Numbered from the stretch's first letter, positions 21,649 through 29,039 are shown. The stretch is 64,000 nt of DNA from a virus (IMGVR_UViG_3300021400_000025:214479-278478); one strand, 5' to 3'. Notes: generated by a model from the letters alone, not told the origin. A program made the numbers and translations.

Positions 21649-21731
21649 CGGATGCGGAGCGACTCGAACGCCCAATCCCATGAAGGACACCTGAGTTCAA
21701 ATCAGGCCGACTACCATTATCACACGCATCC
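21649..21731 (-). tRNA. tRNA-Ser(UGA)
   Basis: CCTGA-TT-TGA-AC-TCAGG; variable arm; G73. Confidence 0.9.
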
Positions 21732-21745
21732 ATAAATTGAAACCA

Positions 21746-21832
21746 CGGATGGAGCAGGAGTTGAACCTGCACATGGCTCTCGCCACCCTTGCTTTCGAGG
21801 CAAGACCTTTAACCATTTAGGAGAATCCATCC
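21746..21832 (-). tRNA. tRNA-Ser(CGA)
   Basis: CTTGC-CT-CGA-AA-GCAAG; variable arm. Confidence 0.9.
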
Positions 21833-22465
21833 ATGAAAATTGAAGGCGAGGGTTGCTTGCGGGCATGTTCATGACCAAGGAGCCGCCGGGGTGTCAGGGT
21901 AGGCAAATGAGCCATCGCAATACGATGGAACGGAACGGCCTAATGCCTTATCGTCGATCAAGACGAAGCTGAGACGCTGTTTTGAAGTTCCCCCTCGCAT
22001 AATCTATCTCAGCCCAGTTAGGAGAAAATGGATACGGCGTTCCTGTTTCTCAAGGTTATGAGCCTTGGACGACATGGACTCAAAGAACTACTCCTGGTGG
22101 CTGGCAACATCTTCCGGAAGTTTTATGTGCTTGACTGTTTTAGCACCTCCAGTTGGCAGATATTTCGTTCTTCAGGCAAGCCATCTTGCCTTGACTTTTC
22201 TATTGCCTCAAAGGAAAGAAATGTCAACAAAGAAAATCTTCTCAAAAATGAACCAGAGACCAGAATAATTCGGCATGGACTTGCTTGGCATCGTCACACC
22301 AAGTATGGAGGTCTATGCGTCAACCTTTAATGACCGCAAGCTTTGGACTTGCGCGAGGTTGCAATCCATTGGCAAGCGTGGTCTTCTCCGGCGCTTATCT
22401 CTGTTCAGACCACCTTCATGCGAGTCAAGACTGGACTAGCGAATCCAGTCAAAAAGAAGATATAA

Positions 22466-22874
22466 GAGAGAGCCATCCGACTGAGACCTGCGCGATACCT
22501 CAAGCTGGTTTACCCAACTCCCCAGGGCAGGCTCCGTGGGACATCCCACGGCTATTCAACTCATGAGCGTTCATTTTTATCCCATTATCGTTCATCCTAC
22601 ATGTCCACCGGGGCATTCCAGCCCCCAATAGCGAAACCTCAATGTGTTTGACGTGGATTTCGGATAGATTTTCGGGTATGCGCCTTCCAAAAAGCATGAC
22701 TCTCAATTGTCTGCTCATCGTTAAGCTGGTGTCCCACATCCAGCATTAAAGGACTGAGTGTTTTGAATTCCTTTCACGATGTAAGGCTGCCGTTGAAGCA
22801 TTAAGCAGTTGGCTTTCACCAACCTTGGTGGTTATCCACCAAATACTGGGTTTAACTCCCCATCTGGCTCTCTC
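22466..22874 (-). ncRNA. Large structured ncRNA candidate (~410 nt; GOLLD/ROOL-like context)
   Basis: 10-bp closing helix GAGAGAGCCA/TGGCTCTCTC, many internal hairpins, own promoter plus boxA upstream. Confidence 0.5.
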
Positions 22875-22973
22875 AAATCAAAACCAATTATCAAAGATCC
22901 ATCTTTGCCTGATGCTTGCGCATCATTCAAAGAACACAACACAATTATACATAATCCACAACCCATTGTAAAG

Positions 22974-23048
22974 TGGTTGGGCTATCGGGATGTGCGCCCG
23001 AGATTGGTCTTTAGGAGAGACCCGTGATGTCTGCTTCACCATAACCCA
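22974..23048 (-). tRNA. tRNA-Arg(CCU)
   Basis: GGTCT-CT-CCT-AA-AGACC; CCA. Confidence 0.85.
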
Positions 23049-23058
23049 GTTGAAAGAT

Positions 23059-23130
23059 CAGCCTTACTCGGTAACGCTCCGAGGTCTCAGCCTTGAAAGG
23101 GCCGCGATCTAACTTTTAATCTATAAGGCC
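23059..23130 (-). tRNA. tRNA-Glu(UUC)
   Basis: CGGCC-CT-TTC-AA-GGCTG. Confidence 0.85.
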
Positions 23131-23140
23131 ATTGAAAGTT

Positions 23141-23211
23141 CAGCTCTGCACGGTAATGCTCCGTGTTCTCCTGGATGAGAACCAGGTGATCTGCTTCTAA
23201 TCTACAGAGCC
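23141..23211 (-). tRNA. tRNA-Glu(CUC)
   Basis: CCTGG-TT-CTC-AT-CCAGG. Confidence 0.85.
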
Positions 23212-23527
23212 ATTGTGAAATCCAGTTAAACGACACCGCTCTTTATTTGATGTGGCAATCACTGCCACATGGCAGTTTATTTTGTTGAGGGCAGAGCCTT
23301 GCCAACCTCTTAACCATCATTGGGAACAGTGGATGGATTCGGACCATCATGTTTGGTTGCATAACCAAACGTCTTGAAAATTGTTTGGCAATATTCAACA
23401 TCACCGATGCTTGGAATCGAACCAACGCCCAGCAACTACGCATGGGGACTGTCCACCAGGACACACAAGTGAAATCATGGAATTGCCCAACCATCTTGCA
23501 AGTCATTTGGAGCAATGAACAAGTCAT

Positions 23528-23604
23528 TGGAGAGCGAGGAGAGAATTGAACTCCCATTTGCAGGGTTGCAGCCTGCCGCCAAGACCACTATTGACAACTC
23601 GCCC
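23528..23604 (-). tRNA. tRNA-Cys(GCA)
   Basis: GCAGG-CT-GCA-AC-CCTGC; U73; CCA. Confidence 0.88.
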
Positions 23605-23615
23605 ATTATGAAATT

Positions 23616-23687
23616 CAGGCAAAGGTGGATTCGAACCACCACATAAGGTTTTGGAGACCTTCATGCTACCATTGACATCATTTGCCT
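23616..23687 (-). tRNA. tRNA-Trp(CCA)
   Basis: AAGGT-CT-CCA-AA-ACCTT; G73. Confidence 0.92.
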
Positions 23688-23696
23688 ATTTGAAAG

Positions 23697-23771
23697 TGGC
23701 ACTCCCACCCCGACTCGAACGGGGAATGCGGCGTTCGTAGCACCTCAGTTTTTCCATTAGCTTATGGGAGC
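23697..23771 (-). tRNA. tRNA-Arg(ACG)
   Basis: CT-ACG-AA loop; TTCGA T-loop; CCA. Confidence 0.88.
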
Positions 23772-23781
23772 ATTGTGAAAT

Positions 23782-24117
23782 TGGTGGAGCGGAGGGGAAT
23801 CGAACCCCTGTCCGAAGCATTCCGTTTGGACGCTTTCTACAGCAATTTCCCATGTCATTTAACCTCTCACCATAATGGGAATCAGATGACAGGCGAGAAT
23901 CCTCATATAATGCTCCACAAGGCGAGGAAACCAGACCTCAATGGGCATGTCAGATAATCCATTCCCTACTCAAGCCCCATCTGACATCAGGCTTTTTCAG
24001 TAGGCTTAAGCAGCCATCGAGTAATCGTTGCCGTTTACTTGTTTTGGAAGGTTTACGTCATCCAGACGTGTTGCTGCGTCCTTGGGAGGTTGTTCCGTCG
24101 AAAACCTGTACCGCCCC
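23782..24117 (-). ncRNA. ssrA: tmRNA
   Basis: 5' GGGGCGG..GGTTTTCGAC, 3' GACAGGGGTTCGATTCCCCTCCGCTCCACCA (G3:U70), internal tag ORF ...GNDYSMAA-TAA. Confidence 0.93.
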
Positions 24118-24481
24118 AATTGAAGAAAGGTTGAAGAAGTTGGCATCATCGGGCCCAGCCCTCTGGCTTCATTGAGCAAGATTAGATTGAAGAAACCCAA
24201 TGAACTTTACTTCATGGTTGTGAACACGAAGCCGTAGCCAGTTTGTCATTTGTTAACTATGGTGGAAAGTTCCGACTTGAATGGATGTCAACTTCAAAAT
24301 AGACTGAGTGTTTTTGATTTGTCTGGCAGCTTTCCCAGACAAAGTGAGTTGGAGATTTTAACGCTTGTTCAGCCTGCGTTGCAAACCATGAAACACACAA
24401 ACCACCTTGGTCTTATGGTGAACCAGGAACCAATCGAAACCACAGTAAATGAATAAGTGGAATCAAATCGTGAATTGAAAT

Positions 24482-24632
24482 TGGCGGCAACATCCGATTC
24501 TCACGGCACAAACAGCTCCCTGCTGCCATGCTCATATGGTTTCCCTATCTAGAGTCAGAAAACCACGTCCCTTGTTTCGGAGCAAGGTGAATTCAATTCC
24601 TTTAACTCCTTCGGGGATTACATCACATTGCC
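24482..24632 (-). ncRNA. Expanded tRNA-like RNA with CCA end and a CUCUAGA loop
   Basis: GGCAATG/TGTTGCC-G-CCA acceptor, CCG-TGAGAAT-CGG T-like arm, extra hairpins. Confidence 0.5.
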
Positions 24633-24650
24633 AAAATTGATTGATGTAAA

Positions 24651-24863
24651 TGACGAGGAATCTGGGACTCGAACCCAGAGTTGTGTGTACCTGCGATGGT
24701 GTTTTCCCCACCTTATGCCCGTACTACTGGAATTGGTTGCCCTGACAAGGCGTTTGTCCTCTGAGTTGGAGGACGATGACGTTGCTTGTCTGCTACTCGC
24801 AGGTTCATCTGCTTTCGTCACCGCCAAACGGACCGCTATACATCACGCATCACCTGTTTCCTC
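24651..24863 (-). ncRNA. Expanded tRNA-like RNA (~210 nt)
   Basis: GAGGAA/TTCCTC acceptor, CTGGG-TTCGAGT-CCCAG T-arm, ACCTGCGA/TCGCAGGT internal helix. Confidence 0.55.
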
Positions 24864-24909
24864 ATTGTAAATTGGTGGAAGTATCGCATTGTGCGATATG
24901 GACCATAAA

Positions 24910-24983
24910 TGGTGGACACGTTCGGTAACGCTCCGAAGTCTCCTCGTTGCGAACGAGGTGTTCTACTATTGAACTAGCGGCCC
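24910..24983 (-). tRNA. tRNA-Ala(CGC)
   Basis: CCTCG-TT-CGC-AA-CGAGG; G3:U70; CCA. Confidence 0.85.
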
Positions 24984-25078
24984 TTAGATTGGTATGCCAT
25001 GAGCGGAGTGGAACCACCATTTGTAGAGTCTGTGTACTTGAACCCACCTATCGCCGTATACAGTTACATGGCAAAATT

Positions 25079-25152
25079 TGGTGGACACGGCAGGAATTGA
25101 ACCTGCATCTCTTCAATGCCATTGAAGCGTTCTACCGTTGAACTATCGGCCC
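25079..25152 (-). tRNA. tRNA-Ala(GGC)
   Basis: CTTCA-AT-GGC-AT-TGAAG; G3:U70; CCA. Confidence 0.88.
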
Positions 25153-25153
25153 A

Positions 25154-25229
25154 TGGTGGGAGGATGTGGGATCGAACCACAACCTTCGGATTTTCAGTCC
25201 GTAGTACACACCAAGTATACGATCCTCCC
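25154..25229 (-). tRNA. tRNA-Phe(GAA)
   Basis: CGGA-CT-GAA-AA-TCCG; CCA. Confidence 0.9.
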
Positions 25230-25365
25230 ATTGAAATTGGTGGCTGTGTTGCGGGTATCTACTCCGCTATCTCCCCAACGAGCGATGCATCAACTCATTA
25301 TGTCAGGGAACCCGTTTTACACACGGGCCAGGATCAAATACCTGAGTATCAAGCCATTGGGAAAA

Positions 25366-25545
25366 TGAATGAGCGGGGTGGATTCGAACCACCAATGTCA
25401 AAGACGAACAGTTGCGCATTGAAAAGGAGCTACCTTTCTGGCAACTAGCGAAAACCCATGGGCCTTTTGTTTTTTAACCCGCTTATTATCGTCAATGACC
25501 TCCGGATTACGAAGCCGGTGCGTTTGCCAATTCTGCCACCACTCA
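25366..25545 (-). tRNA. Atypical tRNA (CGU, Thr-like) with a ~105-nt variable arm
   Basis: TGAGTGG/CCGCTCA acceptor, normal D and T arms, CCGG-CTTCGTAAT-CCGG anticodon arm, insert closed by GTCATTGACGA/TCGTCTTTGAC. Confidence 0.6.
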
Positions 25546-25548
25546 AAA

Positions 25549-25635
25549 TGGTTGTGGGAGTAGGATTTGAACCTACGAACTCCGAAGAGGGCGGGTTTAC
25601 AGCCCGCAGCCTTTGACCACTTGGCTTATCCCACA
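25549..25635 (-). tRNA. tRNA-Tyr(GUA)
   Basis: GCGGG-CT-GTA-AA-CCCGC; variable arm; CCA. Confidence 0.92.
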
Positions 25636-25641
25636 ATGAAA

Positions 25642-25718
25642 TGTCGAAGTGGGAGGAATCGAACCTCCGAATGCATGTGTATCAGACATGTGCGTTAACC
25701 AGACTTCGCCACACTTCG
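25642..25718 (-). tRNA. tRNA-Ile(GAU)
   Basis: CATGT-CT-GAT-AC-ACATG. Confidence 0.9.
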
Positions 25719-25730
25719 TTGAAAATCGTT

Positions 25731-25805
25731 TGGTGTCGGATGGTGGAGTCGAACCACCTTATAACGCCGTATGAAAGCGCACCATGACCGTTCTGGCAAC
25801 CCGAC
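25731..25805 (-). tRNA. tRNA-Met(CAU)
   Basis: GCGCT-TT-CAT-AC-GGCGT; CCA. Confidence 0.88.
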
Positions 25806-25808
25806 ATT

Positions 25809-25887
25809 TGGTTCTCCAGGAGGGATTCGAACCCACACTACCATCACCCTGAATGATGCGACTCTGCCAAGATTGGTCTACTGGAGA
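25809..25887 (-). tRNA. tRNA-Leu(CAG), short variable loop
   Basis: CATCA-TT-CAG-GG-TGATG; CCA. Confidence 0.88.
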
Positions 25888-25895
25888 ATTTGGAA

Positions 25896-25971
25896 TGGTA
25901 GGGATGGGTGGATTCGGACCACCACTGGACAAGATCTAAACCTGCTGTCTCTGCCGTTGGACTACACCCCC
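25896..25971 (-). tRNA. tRNA-Leu(UAG anticodon), short variable loop
   Basis: GCAGG-TT-TAG-AT-CTTGT; CCA. Confidence 0.88.
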
Positions 25972-26026
25972 ATAGAAAATCACATAGTGTGATGCTCTGC
26001 ATCATATGATGTTTCATATCAAATTG

Positions 26027-26107
26027 TCGCCAGAGTGGGATTTGAACCCACACGCCTTTCGGCAGATGATTTTGAGTCATCCAAGTCTTCCGTTCCATCA
26101 TCTGGCG
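26027..26107 (-). tRNA. tRNA-Leu(CAA)
   Basis: GATGA-CT-CAA-AA-TCATC; variable arm. Confidence 0.9.
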
Positions 26108-26118
26108 TTGAAATTGAG

Positions 26119-26191
26119 TCCCGATGGGTGGATTCGAACCACCAACCAAGGAGTTTTAAGTTCCTATGCTCTGCCGTTGGCACACATCGGG
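26119..26191 (-). tRNA. tRNA-Leu(UAA), short variable loop
   Basis: AGGAA-CT-TAA-AA-CTCCT. Confidence 0.85.
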
Positions 26192-26204
26192 ATTTCATCA
26201 AAAT

Positions 26205-26290
26205 TGGTGTCCGTGAGAGGACTTGAACCTCCACGCCTTACGGCACTACCCCCTCAAGGTAGCGTGTACTGCCAATTTCACCACACGGAC
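26205..26290 (-). tRNA. tRNA-Leu(GAG)
   Basis: CTACC-TT-GAG-GG-GGTAG; variable arm; CCA. Confidence 0.92.
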
Positions 26291-26430
26291 ATTAAAGGCC
26301 GCATCTACTTCCATAGTGGGAGTTGAACCCACGAGTGGTGATCATCACTCAGGCCGTATATGGATGTTTCGGCTGGGACTGCGCGAACTAGAACACGCAC
26401 CTTGCCAACCTGCGTCCGATGCCAGACGCA

Positions 26431-26534
26431 CAGGCATCAAACCAACTTCAACCTTGCAGGACTCGAACCCACCTCTCCCCCTTCAATCTAGGGGCGTACT
26501 GACCACTAATACGAAAGGTGTGGTTGGATGCTTG
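26431..26534 (-). ncRNA. YrlA/Y RNA-like tRNA mimic
   Basis: Long terminal helix (AAGCATC..ACCA/TGGT..GATGCCT) enclosing a D-arm (GTATTAGTGGTCAGTAC), a CCCC/GGGG arm and a GGGTTCGAGTCC T-arm. Confidence 0.55.
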
Positions 26535-26638
26535 AAAAGAAAAGAATCTCGCTGTTGAAACCATTTGCATCGCTTTCCGGTCATGGCAACGCCTTTCTGA
26601 CCAGGTTGGATTTGAACCAACAGCAACAGCAAGGAAAT

Positions 26639-26712
26639 TGGTACTCCAACTCGGAACTGCCCCGAGATATAACCGGTAAGAGCGGTTGGTCTTCTAGTTG
26701 ACTTATTGGAGC
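26639..26712 (-). tRNA. tRNA-Lys(CUU)
   Basis: AACCG-CT-CTT-AC-CGGTT; CCA. Confidence 0.87.
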
Positions 26713-26719
26713 ATTGAAA

Positions 26720-27000
26720 TGGCTGTAGTGGGCGGACTCGGACCGCCAGTTGCTTTCGCCACGGATTACCTGCTACATTGGTTTCCCATTGTAGTCTGGA
26801 CTATCTCATCATCCCATTTCTGGGAGCATCCTCTATAGTCTCTACGCATTTACGCATTTCTGCGATTTAGTTCTGTGATTAGCATGTTGCATACGCAATT
26901 TAGCCTATCCAGAGTTAGGGATGTGTTTCAATCAAGATTGCTCTTGAAAGCTGCCATTTAGGAGGACAGTCCGCTGCCTTACCATTCGGCTCACACTACA
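26720..27000 (-). tRNA. tRNA-Asn(GUU) interrupted by a group I intron
   Basis: Exons join to GCGGA-CT-GTT-AA-TCCGT; TGTAGTG/CACTACA acceptor; G73-CCA. Confidence 0.82.
26769..26965 (-). ncRNA. Group I self-splicing intron (197 nt, no ORF)
   Basis: P7 elements AGAGACTA and ATAGTCC, P1 CUGU^C/GGCAG with a U.G at the splice site, terminal G. Confidence 0.85.
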
Positions 27001-27094
27001 TCAAATCGTTTCTCTCCCACATGGTCAACCGCGCGCCACCCATTGTTTCGTTTTTGCGAAACACCCAAGCCAAGTCCGTTGTTGTGGGAGAAAT

Positions 27095-27180
27095 TGGTCG
27101 GAGTGGAGGGATTTGAACCCCCGAGGATTTCTCATCTGCTCCCAAAGCAGACCCGATACCAGGCTACGGTCTACACTCCG
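27095..27180 (-). tRNA. tRNA-Pro(UGG)
   Basis: TCTGC-TT-TGG-GA-GCAGA; CCA. Confidence 0.88.
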
Positions 27181-27274
27181 TCAAATCGAAAATCAACTTG
27201 AAATTCGCTGGGATGTGTTGGATAGATCGAACCAACATATCCCAATAATAGAGGAGAATTCATTGTTGAAAAAG

Positions 27275-27407
27275 ATTCCCAGTGGGAATCGAACCCACAA
27301 GTCAAGGGGCTATATGCCAACCAGACATTTCAATCTCGAATCGAACGAGATTCACTTGCCTCAACGCCCCTCCGCGGGGCTACAGTCTCCAATGCTGTAC
27401 TTGGGAA
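27275..27407 (-). ncRNA. tRNA-like RNA with two T-loop hairpins (copy 1)
   Basis: TTCCCA/TGGGAA ends, D-like arm, GCCCC/GGGGC arm, ATCTCG-TTCGATT-CGAGAT and GTGGG-TTCGATT-CCCAC. Confidence 0.6.
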
Positions 27408-27417
27408 ATTGAAAAGG

Positions 27418-27549
27418 ATTCCCAGTGGGATTCAAACCCACACGCCAAGTATCCTCAAGTCCTCACTTCATGGGAGGAGTCGAACCTCCAGAGGTTGCGC
27501 AACTTGACACCCCCTACGGGGGGCGCGTCTATCTCTTTCGCCATGGGAA
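27418..27549 (-). ncRNA. tRNA-like RNA with two T-loop hairpins (copy 2)
   Basis: TTCCCA/TGGGAA ends, D-like arm, GCCCCC/GGGGGT arm, GGAGG-TTCGACT-CCTCC and GTGGG-TTTGAAT-CCCAC. Confidence 0.6.
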
Positions 27550-27755
27550 ATTGAAAAGGTCGTTCTCAAAGGCAATCTATCATGTTCTGGACAACACGGG
27601 TCAATTACTCCCTAGTTGCTTCTTCCAGAGACATGAACGTGTTTTACTAATTTACGCGCGAACACAAGGTTGCTCCAGACCAATCGCAGGCCACTTGTGG
27701 GTTTTCTGCCCAATCCGTGCTTCTTACACCATAGAGCATTTCGCCTTGCCTTTGA

Positions 27756-27803
27756 TTCAAATTGAAAATTTGGTTCAAATTGAAAATTTGGTTCAAATTG
27801 AAA
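27756..27803. repeat. 18-nt tandem repeat (ttcaaattgaaaatttgg, ~2.6 copies)
   Basis: Direct repeats of the inter-RNA spacer motif. Confidence 0.75.
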
Positions 27804-27958
27804 TTGAACAAGGCACTATTTGGATGACAAGTCCAAAAGATTCCTGGCTCCGAACCAGGCGTTTCAATAACTAAAACATAGACTCCAGTTTGTCATCGTG
27901 GTCATCTACATTCCAGCGGAGGCGTTCATCTCCTCAATCTTGTCGTGCCACATGAAAT

Positions 27959-28034
27959 TGGTAGCGGGGGTGGGCTACGATCCCACGACCTCCGGGGTAT
28001 GAACCCGACGAGCTGCCAACTGCTCCACCCCGCA
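27959..28034 (-). tRNA. Initiator tRNA-fMet(CAU)
   Basis: GGG/CCC anticodon stem, 1:72 mismatch, CCA. Confidence 0.9.
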
Positions 28035-28335
28035 ATCTTGAAAATGGTGTTGCTGAGGGAGTGCGCTACGCTCCAATGTTGGGTATTCCTTCACACTTGG
28101 CGACATCTCCATCCCCTTCGGGCCCGATGAGATGGCTTCCTCCAAGATTCACTGTGAAGTTTAGTTGTATTTCCCAACTCCCTCATGCAAGAGGGTATGT
28201 TTGCTTTCCATCACTCGCAACGAAATTGAATAGTCATTCGCTCTAGACCCAAGGTTCCCGCAGGGTTTCCTCCAAGGGCTGACTCGCGTATGATGTTCCT
28301 TCCTCAGGAACAGTCTTTCCTACATCGTCATTCAA

Positions 28336-28387
28336 TTGTCAAAGAACTTTACACATATTATACCACATTCACCCTGCATTTGTAAAG
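28336..28387 (-). promoter_or_regulatory. Sigma70-type promoter with boxA-like element
   Basis: TTTACA-spacer-TGGTATAAT followed by GTTCTTTGACAA; the same arrangement recurs at ~18440-18488, ~19873-19996, ~22890-22972 and ~28640-28718. Confidence 0.7.
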
Positions 28388-28420
28388 GGGGTCTGGAAAA
28401 GTTTTTCATTTTCTTGAAAG

Positions 28421-28495
28421 TGGTCGGTGTGACTGGTACTGCCCCAGCTTCCCCGATCTTAAAAGGATCGTGCCTAACTTTCCGGCCCCACACCG
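28421..28495 (-). tRNA. tRNA-Lys(UUU)
   Basis: CGATC-CT-TTT-AA-GATCG; CCA. Confidence 0.87.
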
Positions 28496-29039
28496 TGTTG
28501 AAATCGTAAAAACGCCTGACTCTAGACCTCTGGCTAATGACTTCCCCAGAGGAAGACTTGTCCAGACAAGCGCAGTCTTTCCTATATCGCATTTCGTGGT
28601 GATGTTTTTCTTCACCACAAAACCGTCTTCATTTTCAATTCTCAAAGAGCAAATCGTCTTGGCAACCTTTGGTCGCTTCAACGCCATATATTATATCATA
28701 TTCCTTCTGGGATGTAAAGGGGGTTCAACAAAAAAAAATTTGGGATGACCTTTTCTTCTCTCTTCAGGTCATCCCATCGTCCTTCGTTTTGCTGAAATCT
28801 CAATTACATTGAGGAGGGGGATGACAATGACAACCATAGAGGGGATTCACCAATGGCTTGGCGAGACGGCGGCACTCTTCAATCAGATTGCTCTGATGGA
28901 AGAAATCTGCCTGCTCTTGTTTCACTGTGGAAGAAACCAACTCTATGTCTGCTTTGTTCATCACATTGTATTTACGCAAAACGAAATGGAAAGTTGGGTG
29001 AAGTTGATGAAAAACTTCATTTTTTTTTTCATGGATGCG

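Noticed and set aside
21846-21998. 6S, SRP or RNase P RNA assignment for island units
   Set aside because: Diagnostic motifs (RNase P GAGGAAAGUCC, SRP GGAA-AGCAG domain, 6S central bubble) were not found convincingly by eye; left unassigned
25896-25971. tRNA with TAG in the anticodon loop as an amber suppressor
   Set aside because: Anticodon UAG reads Leu CUA codons; the true suppressor (anticodon CUA) is at 54136-54208
17060-28720. The many short ORF-track entries across the RNA island
   Set aside because: They overlap tRNAs, tmRNA or structured RNAs and lack protein-like features; only 19968-20921 is credible
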